Positions 55,101 through 64,000 of a stretch of 64,000 nt of DNA are shown here, piece by piece. The translations under genes were made by a program, and so were the position numbers. Where the stretch lies: IMG/VR virus record IMGVR_UViG_3300031951_000028. One strand, written 5' to 3'. Source of the DNA: a virus. Below the pieces are notes generated by a model. That model worked only from the letters and a program-made list of their open reading frames with translations, had not been told where the DNA came from and ran no database searches. How positions within the stretch are numbered: the stretch's first letter is position 1; every line of letters begins with the position of its first letter.

Positions 55101-58100
55101 CGCCAATATTAGCAATTACAGATCCTGCTCCAGATATATATTGGTTTTCTGATGATGCTAGCACTGAACCAAGTGTAGTTGCTGCTAAACCACCTATGCC
55201 AACTTTTTGTAATCTGGCTTGTCTACGCAATTCCATACCTTGTCTTTTTTTCGCAACCGCTTTGGCTTGGCTTCTAGCTTGTTTCCTAGTTTTTTTATCG
55301 CCTTCTCCACTAGATAAAAATTCTAATGCGGCCTGCTCTTCGGCTATATCGCTATCGCTAAGTTTTTCTGACATAACTCCAGACTTAATAGCCGCCCCAG
55401 CTCTTAATAAAGCGCCTCTAATCCTTCCAGGTTTTTTATTTTTTGAACTTCTTATATCATCTAGACTAGCCATACTATTAAAGATTGGAGATGAACTAGC
55501 TCTAACATCCGCGTATGGATCGTCGGCTAATGCAGCTCTTTTTGCTGTTGTACCGCTTTGATCTTCTATTTTACTTAATTGCTCTGCAGCTTTTGCAGCT
55601 TTTTCTTGCGAAATAGTTGTTGTTTTTGTTTGTTCAGATAGAACTTGGAAAAATTTTGTAGTATCCGCACTTACACCTTGTAATTTAGATAAAGATATAG
55701 TGCCTTTTTGTACAGCGCTGGCAAACTCTTTAATATTATTAATGCCTGCTTTATTTAGTTCAGACCTGTTTGCTTTAAAAATTTGAGCAATATTATTTCT
55801 TAAATCTTCATTCCCGCCACCAATAACATTATTATTAGCGTCTCTTTGTATAGGAGCTAATTGAGATCTTAGCATATTTAATTTGCCTTGATCCATATCA
55901 CTAACTTGTTGAGCTGCTATACTTGCAGATCTTGCTTCGTCTTCAGCATTAGCTAATTGGCCAGCATCTAAATAAGATTGAGCTCTTCCTGCGCTATAAT
56001 CTCTGAAAGCTTCTGTTTTTTGCTTTCTTGTTAATGTATATGTATTTAGAAACTGTTGTCTGTTTAATAATTTTTGTTCTTTTGCTTCTACATCAGATAA
56101 CTGTTTTAATAATGGGGCTTTTTGTTGTTGATTGCGAACTTGTTGAAATGTACTATTTTTACCTGACGGAGGATTGGCTGCGTCTATAGCATCTATTTGC
56201 TGCTGCAAAGATTCTTTTTGCTTTCCTGTTTTAGATAGAGCTTTTTCTACTCTTTTTTTCTCTTCATTATTAATAACATCTCTATTCAATGCTCCCATAG
56301 CTTTGTTAGCATTTATTGATGTGGCTCTTCTTTCACCTTCTTCTTTTACTAATCTAATGCCAAGTTCTGTGATTCTTTCTCTATTGCCTCTTATATTTGG
56401 ATCTAGTTTTTCAGCTAGCCGTAAAGTTTTTTCTTCTATTGTATCATAAAAATCTAGGAATTTTTGTTCTGCTTTCGCTACTTTTTCTTTAGAAGCTCCG
56501 CTTGCTTTTAATTGTTCCGCCTCTTTTAATAAATTATCAGCTGCGAATCTTAAAGCTTGATTATATTTACTTAAAGCTTTTGATTGACCTGTTGTAATAC
56601 TAGTTGTTAAATTTTCTACTGCTTTACCAAACTCTTTATTAGTTTCTAGAAATGTAGCTATTCCTTCAATTCTTGGAATTTGGCTAACATCTTCCATAGC
56701 TCTTTTAGCATACTTTTCTCTTTCTGGTTGAAAATAACTTCCATAGTCTTTCACTGTTGCTTTATCTATATTTAAAGCATGCGCCATTTCATGAGGAATT
56801 GTGTTATTATCCTCATAATAAAATTTATTTTTTTTGTTAAGGCCTATAGCATTACCATTTCTTACTGCGTAACCGACTCTATTTTGTGGTTTTGTGGCTA
56901 CTTCTGCTGCGGGGATTGCGGCTATGCCAGCGGCCATCATATTCATTTCATCAATATTTGGCACCTTCCTACCAGTAGTTAAGAGGCTCATCATATTTTT
57001 GAAAAGGCCGCCCTTAGCCATTCTTCTAACTCTACCACCCCTTAACATATTTGAGGCTCTCTTATTTAATACATAAGAGCCTTCTGCTAAGAATGTTGGA
57101 AAGCTATCTGTATTTCCAGAACCTGGAACTGTTTTTAATCCTTGTCTATTTAATCTCTCTAAATTAGGAAGTCCTATTTGCTTAACTTCTTCTGGACTAA
57201 ATACAATTTCTCCAGGCATGAGCATTGCATTAACATAGCCGCCGCGAGCGTAGCCCATATAATCATCATCATCACCATAATCAACCGTTCTTCTTTTCCT
57301 TTTAGTTTTATTATAAATTTCATCTACCATATCTGATGGCACAACAGGAGGTCTACCTAGAAATTTATCCATAAAAGGAATAGCGCTAACTACACCTGCC
57401 TGCCTGCGTGTAATTAAATCACTTGGGTTCTGCCCTCTCAAAATTGAAGCAGTTCCTTGAAGCACATTATATGCTTTTGGTGCTAAAATACTACCAACAC
57501 CAGCAGCAAAACCAATTTGAAGTGTTGGGCTTAAAGTATCTATTAAAAATGTAACTGCTTGTGTTACACTTCTAATTTGATCAAGCATTATTTTAAAACC
57601 ACTGCTCTCAGCAATTTTTGTACCGAAAGCTGCTAAATCCTGTCCTATTTTTGTTATTTTGACAGATAAGGATTCTGATGCTAATTCTGCATCTTTAGCT
57701 AAAGAATTATCGCCTTTTCTTGCTTCAGCTAGCGCTTCATAAGCATCTGCTACACCAGTAATAAGAGGTATGGCAATTTTAGCTTGTCTTACGCCACCAC
57801 CGATAGCATTAGCTACTTCAATATATGTCGCAGTATTAGAACCTACATCTTGTAATGCTTTATTTAATTTAAGGGCCGCTTCTAATGTTCCAATAAATTC
57901 TCCTCTAGTATCTCTAAGAGAGAGATTTGCCCCTAATATTTCTTGTACTTTTTTTTCAACTGATGGGTCTTGTAATCTATTTATGACAGTTCTTAAACCA
58001 GTAGATATAACAGTATCTGGCAAACGTGTTGTGCTACGAATACTGGTGGTTATTGCAGCAAATTTTCTTAATGTGTCTAAATTTTTATTAGCGTTAGTTG

Positions 58101-58989
58101 ATTTACCTAAACCTAAAGCATCTTCACTTAAAATACCTTCTGAAGCAGCAAAAACACCACCAGCGCTTTTAATACCTTCAATAATGTTACTGGCTTCAAC
58201 AGCATATTTTTTAGATAGAGTATTTAATGTACTTAAAAATTTATCTACGTTTTTAGTAGAGCCATTTACATCTAATAATCTAAATTGTGAAATAGCAGAC
58301 ACAACACCTTCAGTAGTTTTTTCTAAATTACCGAATGTAGGCACTAATTGGGTATTAGCTAAACTCTTCATTAATCCTTGAATAGTTTTTAATCCAAAAC
58401 CTGCCTGTGCTAAAGTATCTGAAGCTTCAAGCAAATCAGTTGATGCGACACCAACATTACGACTTAATTGAATAATACTAGATGAAAATCTATTAACTTC
58501 TGCTGCAGTATTACCAGTAATCTGTTGCAACTTAATTTGAGCACTATTAATTTTAATAATAGCATCAAAACCATAATCAATAGCCTGAACAATTTTCTGA
58601 ACGCCTGCAGAAGCAATAGCGAATTTAGCAAATTGCGCAAATCTTGTGCTAATACCTCCGACAAACGAGTCAAATAAGTTAACTGTTTTATTTAACTTCT
58701 TTGTTTCTTTTTCTATTTCAGATGTAAAACTTCTATAACTAGAAATAGCTTTTTGAGTATTTCTTTCAATAGAAGATGACATTCCTTTTCCAAGATTTTC
58801 AGTCTCTCTAACAGCCTCTCTAATTTTATTTTTAATAGGGTCAATAGACTGAGCATTAACCCCTCTAACTGCCAAATCAACAGGAATAGAGCCGCCCAAC
58901 TCTTTACGAATTTGAGCGGCTATCGCTGAGACACCTTTGTTCGGACTGAAGTTTAATTCAACTTGCCCGCGCAGTTTAAAATCGGCCAT
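52162..58989 (-). CDS. Tail tape measure protein
   Basis: 2275 aa, Ala/Gln/Lys-rich helical; TP901-like core (LAQAG, ISTGLRTVINRL); Gly-rich hydrophobic segments; GG...GxGxxDS..GE/GSYV motifs. Confidence 0.9.
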   Translation of the reverse strand: MADFKLRGQVELNFSPNKGVSAIAAQIRKELGGSIPVDLAVRGVNAQSIDPIKNKIREAVRETENLGKGMSSSIERNTQKAISSYRSFTSEIEKETKKLNKTVNLFDSFVGGISTRFAQFAKFAIASAGVQKIVQAIDYGFDAIIKINSAQIKLQQITGNTAAEVNRFSSSIIQLSRNVGVASTDLLEASDTLAQAGFGLKTIQGLMKSLANTQLVPTFGNLEKTTEGVVSAISQFRLLDVNGSTKNVDKFLSTLNTLSKKYAVEASNIIEGIKSAGGVFAASEGILSEDALGLGKSTNANKNLDTLRKFAAITTSIRSTTRLPDTVISTGLRTVINRLQDPSVEKKVQEILGANLSLRDTRGEFIGTLEAALKLNKALQDVGSNTATYIEVANAIGGGVRQAKIAIPLITGVADAYEALAEARKGDNSLAKDAELASESLSVKITKIGQDLAAFGTKIAESSGFKIMLDQIRSVTQAVTFLIDTLSPTLQIGFAAGVGSILAPKAYNVLQGTASILRGQNPSDLITRRQAGVVSAIPFMDKFLGRPPVVPSDMVDEIYNKTKRKRRTVDYGDDDDYMGYARGGYVNAMLMPGEIVFSPEEVKQIGLPNLERLNRQGLKTVPGSGNTDSFPTFLAEGSYVLNKRASNMLRGGRVRRMAKGGLFKNMMSLLTTGRKVPNIDEMNMMAAGIAAIPAAEVATKPQNRVGYAVRNGNAIGLNKKNKFYYEDNNTIPHEMAHALNIDKATVKDYGSYFQPEREKYAKRAMEDVSQIPRIEGIATFLETNKEFGKAVENLTTSITTGQSKALSKYNQALRFAADNLLKEAEQLKASGASKEKVAKAEQKFLDFYDTIEEKTLRLAEKLDPNIRGNRERITELGIRLVKEEGERRATSINANKAMGALNRDVINNEEKKRVEKALSKTGKQKESLQQQIDAIDAANPPSGKNSTFQQVRNQQQKAPLLKQLSDVEAKEQKLLNRQQFLNTYTLTRKQKTEAFRDYSAGRAQSYLDAGQLANAEDEARSASIAAQQVSDMDQGKLNMLRSQLAPIQRDANNNVIGGGNEDLRNNIAQIFKANRSELNKAGINNIKEFASAVQKGTISLSKLQGVSADTTKFFQVLSEQTKTTTISQEKAAKAAEQLSKIEDQSGTTAKRAALADDPYADVRASSSPIFNSMASLDDIRSSKNKKPGRIRGALLRAGAAIKSGVMSEKLSDSDIAEEQAALEFLSSGEGDKKTRKQARSQAKAVAKKRQGMELRRQARLQKVGIGGLAATTLGSVLASSENQYISGAGSVIANIGGGIATGSQFAGIPGAIAGGIAGAGISIFELRNQAIKRQQDLQKTQLADQITTSVKDRNYGGLQKQFDNFSRSGSANNYKETFGFDIGIPGASYDKNQLQQALLNTGQLGADLSFTTKNDVLDDTGIAIQQVKDFVNPLSGSTYTTAFSNLTGVGRGKSYSDRALERYYESRDEDIGIAKQITGDYIGKLDEQLPELTRQADVDRNEIALLRKKRFTQGSASFSVRDQERLKKAEERVGSVDKLQLQSEFFGNIGTEGVAAFDAFRSQAENQELSTDELIKKFTSREDEFDFFDPSTGKTKKIKRQRYNKYADTFDSTKKELENRNNLGLKQLDIDNQLKQSSDKVQDLTEQEFYNRKSIAPKIQAITDASSFNIANFQEQAQARRTGDLTSAGRATNIAQVLGNRGGYDQATKDKAQEQLKSVFGKGSRVAKLADEVGTVQDFGQNFNDLVQKEIGTSGRDVTSASKKVLENFISRNLENDSTKAQKLREGFSQTILGNTSTNEDVVADKLRVGDFQKVIDDTVSEDQGTVLQAAQAADQLTGQRVQLMNQYSDARLTARKNRFNPVRQSAQFRDQYASLSGATATDLAARQVDLKNQEVRNLVGVNKSTGQDYSVQELTDRKSKLEERRNELDINNKNAQQEMANLTTEIKAVDAAMNVLSTNTADAALALTKFEERLRARAVDRKGALEFALGSDQQREQIQKRQQALKALETGQINYSQLTEEERGSLSAAIENERQKDPKKAEELEKQVLLGTADARGDASLQQFQAGGNISNLSDIDRGEIKKRLEEQLANAEQSGDSRQARKARRALDKFGKATERLGVDTSGYEFEGKKISELALRTDEVAATAPEKDQLEKALKTNEEAAQYFNDQDKQVITDISNAFNSLNESVQQLGKIDFGSINFEPAIAAAQTFEKAASLLASAKVNIEGNVTVTGAVTGGGGGGANDAVLASVQSVVDKALSDFATANNMNYSKLS

Positions 58990-59009
58990 TATTTTTTACA
59001 ACCTTATAA

Positions 59010-59702
59010 CTAAGTTGCGACAGTTTCTGCGGTAACTACTACAGGATTATCATTTTCATCAAGGAATGGTTTAAACTCTTCTGGTTTAGGAGCGTCTACA
59101 GGAGTTAAATCTTTATTATAAAACCCGTATTTAACTAAGAATTCATTCTCAGGTAAAGTAGAAAAGAAATTACCTCTATCTGGATATAGTATTTCTACCA
59201 TGGATGAAGCAGCCTTCTCTAATAACTCACTATCAGTGCAGTTCTCCCAATCTTGATATGTATTAAATACTTTCTTGCCTTCGGCATCAAATAAGCATGA
59301 ATAAACTAAGAAATTAAACTTAGCATCTTCAGCCACGCTTTCTGCAGTCAAATCATCATATTTTGTTCTATAGCTAATCAAGCCATAAAGTTGCAATCTT
59401 AAAAGCTGCGCCTTTTCTGCACGCTCCTTCATCTCTTTAAGTTTAATTCCGCCAGTCTTTAAAGGCCTGATAAGCTCATCAATTTCATTACGCAGCTTAT
59501 CCATCTTATCATAATCTTCTTGAGATAATAGTCCTAACTCTTTAAGCTTATCATCTAACCTATCTCTAGGCACGCTATCATTCTTAAGAGCTTTGTTATA
59601 CTCAGTCATATATATCTTTTTGGCCGCGCTCTCAATATTAATAGTCGGCTCTATGACTTTGTAAGACTTGCTATTCAACTCAAAAGTTTTTGTAGTATTC
59701 AT
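59010..59702 (-). CDS. Putative tail assembly chaperone (short form)
   Basis: Directly upstream of the TMP; helical; similar to the 60008-60964 N-terminal region. Confidence 0.55.
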   Translation of the reverse strand: MNTTKTFELNSKSYKVIEPTINIESAAKKIYMTEYNKALKNDSVPRDRLDDKLKELGLLSQEDYDKMDKLRNEIDELIRPLKTGGIKLKEMKERAEKAQLLRLQLYGLISYRTKYDDLTAESVAEDAKFNFLVYSCLFDAEGKKVFNTYQDWENCTDSELLEKAASSMVEILYPDRGNFFSTLPENEFLVKYGFYNKDLTPVDAPKPEEFKPFLDENDNPVVVTAETVAT

Positions 59703-59703
59703 C

Positions 59704-60027
59704 CTATTGATCCTCTTTTCTTAAATTAAAATCATAACTAAAATTTGCATGTTCAATAATAAAATAGCTAAACTCTTTTTCTACTAAAGAAATCCTGCTA
59801 TTGCCTAAATCTAATATTTTTGTTCTAGTGACTTGCCAAGCATCTCGCATCTTTTTTTGATTCTCGGTCAACTCATCATAATCTTTGCCATGTCCCCATA
59901 AAAATCCAAAATTATCTTCTATGGCGGCTAGCGCTCCTATCATTATAGTTTGCGCTTGTTTTTCTGTATAATTAAAAAGACTCCGCTTAGCTTGCTGAGC
60001 GTATCTTTCATTTCTTTGTCTTTTCAT
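59704..60027 (-). CDS. Hypothetical protein
   Basis: 107 aa, packed in the tail operon. Confidence 0.7.
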   Translation of the reverse strand: MKRQRNERYAQQAKRSLFNYTEKQAQTIMIGALAAIEDNFGFLWGHGKDYDELTENQKKMRDAWQVTRTKILDLGNSRISLVEKEFSYFIIEHANFSYDFNLRKEDQ

Positions 60028-60964
60028 TTAATTTTCCTAAAAAGTTTTTGGCAACCATTTTATTTGCCTGATTATTCATATTATTAATTCTCTTGGCGTC
60101 GTCCGAATCTTTAGCAACAACAAATATATTACCGCCCTTTACGCCAGATCTATCTAATTGTTTGTCTATATCTCTTTTAGCTATATCGCCGTCACGCTTT
60201 CTACTATTATTGATTAACCAACCATCTAATAAATCTGAATCGTCTAATACTTCTTTATCTGGACAATTTGGATTTTGTTGAATCGCATCAAACATTTTAG
60301 AAGTATTAATAATAGTTATTTGTTCTTCATTCAATGAATTGGCGGCACGATTAAACAAGTTATCTTTGCATCCCCAATATAAAGACCATTCTTGATGCCT
60401 TGCTATTTTTCTATAAAAATCACTAGGTATCTGGTCAAAATTATTATACACCTTATTAACAAAAACATATGAATCAGTATTGATTTTTACCATGTTTTTA
60501 TCATATAAACATTCAGATACAGTCCATAATTTAGTATTATAATCTGCCCATGCATCAGCAGTAATATTATAATAAGTATTCTTTTTACTTAATAATTTAG
60601 ATAACTTTTTCCGCATGGCGTCTATAGTCTTTTTTAAGACCTTCATACTAAATTCAGATTTTTGCTGATATGCGAAAAGATAATCAACCTTAATATCATC
60701 TATTTTTGCCGGCAATTGATCTATCTCGTCTAATTCATTATTTGTAACCATCTTTTTAGATAGAGCTAAATCATAAGAATCTTCTAAAGTTATAAAACTA
60801 TTAGCCAATCCTTCAAAATACTTCTCTTCATAAAAAAACTCCGCCTGGTGCAGTAAATCTACACAAGGCGGAGTATATATCACAAATTCATCGTTTAGTT
60901 TTAAATATGCTTTTCCTGAAAGCAAACGATAAATATATTTTTTTATCCTAGTATCATCAAACAT
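60008..60964 (-). CDS. Putative tail assembly chaperone (long form)
   Basis: Between the tail-tube gene and the TMP; paralog-like to 59010-59702 with a C-terminal extension. Confidence 0.5.
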   Translation of the reverse strand: MFDDTRIKKYIYRLLSGKAYLKLNDEFVIYTPPCVDLLHQAEFFYEEKYFEGLANSFITLEDSYDLALSKKMVTNNELDEIDQLPAKIDDIKVDYLFAYQQKSEFSMKVLKKTIDAMRKKLSKLLSKKNTYYNITADAWADYNTKLWTVSECLYDKNMVKINTDSYVFVNKVYNNFDQIPSDFYRKIARHQEWSLYWGCKDNLFNRAANSLNEEQITIINTSKMFDAIQQNPNCPDKEVLDDSDLLDGWLINNSRKRDGDIAKRDIDKQLDRSGVKGGNIFVVAKDSDDAKRINNMNNQANKMVAKNFLGKLNEKTKK

Positions 60965-60966
60965 TA

Positions 60967-62115
60967 TTATAGCAAGAAGCTTGCTCGGTTAGTCCACCAA
61001 GTAGAACCTGAACTATGAGGATCAGCATCATGGATGACAGTAAAGTCATTGAAAGTTCTAAAAGTGTAACTTACATTGACTGAACCACCACCAGCATCAC
61101 CGCCTGAATAATTCAATGATTGAAGCTTATTCTTTTTACCAAGGTAAATTCTAGTACCTTCGCAAGAAGCTATACGGATAGTATGATTCTTCAAATTCAT
61201 ATCGCCATTCCAGCAAGCGCTGTTACCAGTATTAAGAATACCATTTGCGGTAGCAGACACCAAACCGTGTGAGCGAGGTACAACCTGAATTTCAGTAGTG
61301 ACTTCAACTGGGAACTGAATATAACGACAAACAGGTTCTAGAGTACCTAACTGGTCAGTTCGTTCACGAGTAACGTTAGCTGAAACAGTAATACTTTGAA
61401 CATTAGATTCATAAGCATTGTCTACGAACTCATTAGTGCCTGAATTGCTAATACCATCAACTATACTTGGGAGAATAGTTGCATCTGGTTCAGCAACTTG
61501 TCCATTAGAATCCAAGCTAGCGGCATCATAAGCGAATATCAAATGTTGCTTACGATTAACACCATCAGGAGGATCTTGAACGCCAGTAAACTGACCATTA
61601 ACAGTAATACCAGTAGAACGAGCTTGATCAGTGGCATTAAGAATATTAGCATCATTTGATACTAAAATATCATTACCAATGAAACCAATACTTTCACGGA
61701 AAGCATCTCCAACACTAAAAGTATAAGAAATGTTCTGATAATACATACCAGTCATCTGAACGGTAAATTCAGGAACGCCGCTAGCAGCATCATTAGTTGA
61801 ATCAAAAATAGATAAAGCCAATGAGCAACGAGCATTTGCGCGACCTGCTAAAGTTGGGGTGGTCGCGTCACGGGTGGCAAGATGATAAATCAAAGGATTG
61901 CCATCTAATACTTTGTCTACAGTAACATTAGTATCTGGCAAGTCTTCTAACTGCTGATAAACTTCTAGTTTACCTAATTCGAATATTTCCTGCAATGGAA
62001 CATCTAAACCTAGTGATAAGGTTTGGGCGCCTTTTACTGCAGTATATGTGCTGCTGCCTTCTCGTGCAATAGCTAATTGCTGGACAGCGAAATAAATACG
62101 ATCACAACGAGCCAT
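60967..62115 (-). CDS. Putative major tail tube protein
   Basis: G.Q.L....IFELG.LE.Y pattern; beta-rich with Thr/Ser/Gly; GGAG RBS; canonical position upstream of chaperones and TMP. Confidence 0.65.
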   Translation of the reverse strand: MARCDRIYFAVQQLAIAREGSSTYTAVKGAQTLSLGLDVPLQEIFELGKLEVYQQLEDLPDTNVTVDKVLDGNPLIYHLATRDATTPTLAGRANARCSLALSIFDSTNDAASGVPEFTVQMTGMYYQNISYTFSVGDAFRESIGFIGNDILVSNDANILNATDQARSTGITVNGQFTGVQDPPDGVNRKQHLIFAYDAASLDSNGQVAEPDATILPSIVDGISNSGTNEFVDNAYESNVQSITVSANVTRERTDQLGTLEPVCRYIQFPVEVTTEIQVVPRSHGLVSATANGILNTGNSACWNGDMNLKNHTIRIASCEGTRIYLGKKNKLQSLNYSGGDAGGGSVNVSYTFRTFNDFTVIHDADPHSSGSTWWTNRASFLL

Positions 62116-62147
62116 TATTATTTCTCCAAAAAAAAAGTACTATGTAT

Positions 62148-62155
62148 TATACACC
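62148..62155 (-). promoter_or_regulatory. Candidate late promoter GGTGTATA(AT)
   Basis: In the 47-bp gap upstream of the putative major tail gene; reads GGTGTATAAT on the minus strand. Confidence 0.4.
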
Positions 62156-62162
62156 GGTTTTG

Positions 62163-63062
62163 CTATTTTGATGGGTTAAATATCTCAAATCTTAACCTTA
62201 CCCTACCAATGTATAAACCTGGGGTAGGACTTTCAAACGATGATGAACCAACATTAACTATTCTAGTGCATTTCCAACCTGGTAAATCTGTGTATTGAGA
62301 GCCTGTCGGCACTCCATTGCAATTTAAGGGAAAAGCGCCGGAATCACTATTAAAAAGCGTAAAACTTTTATCATTTTGTAGTGTTAAAATAGATACAATT
62401 TTATCTCTTAAATGTGGATTTTCTGTAACTATATTAAATACTATGTCTTGGTAAACCCAATGGGCGCTACTGCCTAGCTGTGCCCCCTCTTGATATGAGG
62501 AAGATGTCTCTAAAACTATAGCTGGAGGTTGCACTCCATATTGTCTTAATAAATTATAAACTTCCTCATTAGATGGGGTGGTTTCTCCATTATACATACT
62601 ATCTATTAATTTAAACCACCACTCTCCAGCCCCTTCCATATATACTTGCATTATTCTAAAAGAATATGAGGCTGTAATATTTCCAGATGTAATTGTACTA
62701 CTTCTAACTTGTCCTAATGGATAATTGATCTCAAAATTATCTCCTGTATCTAGCACATTATTTACATAAATTTGTGGCTCTATTGGCTGTCCACTGTTGT
62801 ATGTAACTTCTTCCCAAACCCAATCTTTTCTAGGAGCGGCCCAAATTTTATATCCAACTCCCACAGGAAGATCCACAGCAGTAAGATTGTAATAGTTTGT
62901 CCCACAGTCATTATTAACCCCAGTTTCCACGTCTTCCCACGCGCCTATTTTAAGAAACGCGTAGTCCAGCCATGCTTTAATGTTACGCTGCAACTCAGTA
63001 GCAAAATCTACTGAGGAAAAATCGGTTATATTATTAAAATCCCAATTATCGCAGCAACTCAT
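62163..63062 (-). CDS. Putative tail terminator/completion protein
   Basis: PPAIVLE, QDIVFNI...RDKI resemble terminator folds; position upstream of the tail tube. Confidence 0.5.
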   Translation of the reverse strand: MSCCDNWDFNNITDFSSVDFATELQRNIKAWLDYAFLKIGAWEDVETGVNNDCGTNYYNLTAVDLPVGVGYKIWAAPRKDWVWEEVTYNSGQPIEPQIYVNNVLDTGDNFEINYPLGQVRSSTITSGNITASYSFRIMQVYMEGAGEWWFKLIDSMYNGETTPSNEEVYNLLRQYGVQPPAIVLETSSSYQEGAQLGSSAHWVYQDIVFNIVTENPHLRDKIVSILTLQNDKSFTLFNSDSGAFPLNCNGVPTGSQYTDLPGWKCTRIVNVGSSSFESPTPGLYIGRVRLRFEIFNPSK

Positions 63063-63751
63063 AGTTTATTTACTTTTGTTTTATTGATAATAATATCTAA
63101 AACTCTATCTTGAAAAGCGGCGCTTTCTAAAATATTATCAACAAAATTAACTTTGCCAACCGCTGGCATAGTCCAACTTTTACTTTTAGATGGCCTCATT
63201 ATTAAACCACCTACGCCAGATCTAGCATTTTTACGTCTTACGCCGTCAACATGCTCCACAGTCCAGTTACTAATAGTAATTGAATTTGCCTCTAATAATA
63301 GCCATTCCAGCCAATTGATTTCAGTGGCAGTGCCAAATCTTTTGCTGCGCCTATCATTATTAACAGATATATATTTAGACAGGGGTAAATTTAATACATC
63401 GCTATAATCTGAGCGTATAGCACCAATATTAATTACCATATCTAAATCTTTACCACTAGGACTTCTATCTTCTAGTGTTACTTTAATACCTTTTTGCCAA
63501 GTGTCTAATATATCATTTAAGCCTTGGTTTACTATATCATTACTTAAGCCTAAATGAGCCCTTAAATCATTTTTACCACTAGTGGTTAATGATTGCCAAG
63601 TTTCTGTATTTCTAACAAAACTTGTAAATAGCTCGCCTACAGCTACAGTAACTGGATATATTATTTTAGACAAAATGCGCCATACTTTTATCTTTACAGC
63701 GCGTGTCATCTCTATTTCATTTACATCAAATATTACTCTTGCATTTATCAT
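63059..63751 (-). CDS. Putative neck/tail-completion protein
   Basis: Position in the head-tail region; WLEWLL, SR.G...M motifs. Confidence 0.45.
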   Translation of the reverse strand: MINARVIFDVNEIEMTRAVKIKVWRILSKIIYPVTVAVGELFTSFVRNTETWQSLTTSGKNDLRAHLGLSNDIVNQGLNDILDTWQKGIKVTLEDRSPSGKDLDMVINIGAIRSDYSDVLNLPLSKYISVNNDRRSKRFGTATEINWLEWLLLEANSITISNWTVEHVDGVRRKNARSGVGGLIMRPSKSKSWTMPAVGKVNFVDNILESAAFQDRVLDIIINKTKVNKL

Positions 63752-63999
63752 TGCTTAATCCAAATAATAGAGTAATATTCATAACCGGGTCCAAAACCGC
63801 ATGGCTCAGGCACGCTATCTCTTCTATAAGATACACCATCTATTTTGATTTTTCCGATTTTTATTAGCTTTTCTTTATTTTCTAAATTAACTACAGTTCG
63901 TACAAAACTTTCATTAATTAAAGCTTGGTTCTTAAAAACATAAGCTTTTTCATTATAGAATACTGCTAAGTCCAGTGTTTCTTCTACTGTGGTAATATC
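63748..63999 (-). CDS. Partial ORF (5'-truncated), probable head-tail connector
   Basis: Open minus frame DITTVEETLDLAV...PEPCGFG...WIKQ* ending in an ATGA overlap with the next gene. Confidence 0.55.
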   Translation of the reverse strand, partial: DITTVEETLDLAVFYNEKAYVFKNQALINESFVRTVVNLENKEKLIKIGKIKIDGVSYRRDSVPEPCGFGPGYEYYSIIWIKQ

Positions 64000-64000
64000 A

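Noticed and set aside
52742-58381. Plus-strand ORFs within the tape measure (e.g. 57770-58381, 55196-55561)
   Set aside because: Antisense shadows with no recognisable motifs.
58990-59100. Programmed -1 frameshift at the end of the pre-TMP chaperone
   Set aside because: The 230-aa gene ends about 20 bp before the TMP start, leaving no room for a frameshifted extension.
1-64000. Stop-codon reassignment (TAG/TGA recoding)
   Set aside because: Genes are full length and tightly packed in code 11. For example, nrdA ends in TAG right after its C-terminal CxxC.
1-64000. tRNA/rRNA genes, integrase, reverse transcriptase/DGR
   Set aside because: None recognisable by eye; intergenic gaps are mostly too short. 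tRNAscan would confirm.

Overview
AT-rich, gene-dense segment of a large tailed dsDNA bacteriophage. It is probably a siphovirus (2275-aa tape measure, tail-tube-like gene, no sheath gene in this window) and uses the standard genetic code. The plus-strand arm (1-42.7 kb) has three parts. (1) Nucleotide metabolism: GuaB/GuaC, class Id-like NrdB/NrdA, ThyX, dNMP kinase, 5'-nucleotidase, NUDIX. (2) Replication and repair: DenV-like glycosylase, ATP-dependent ligase, RecA, DnaB, primase, SSBs, an intein-containing PD-(D/E)xK exonuclease, and a DnaE split into two genes around a DnaQ-like exonuclease. (3) A large glycan-biosynthesis region at about 26-43 kb: DegT aminotransferase, PseB/FnlA-like dehydratase, RmlD-like reductase, methyltransferase, ATP-grasp, HAD and several GTs, including an ABO-like GT6. 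The minus-strand arm (42.7-64 kb) is the tail module. It ends in a Cys-rich, poly-Thr mucin-like protein followed directly by a GT-A enzyme with polypeptide-GalNAc-transferase-like motifs. The best candidate novel system is phage-encoded mucin-type O-glycosylation of a virion appendage. Other highlights are a His-initiated class 3 intein and apparently duplicated tail chaperones in place of the usual frameshift. All calls come from reading motifs by eye; no database searches were run.
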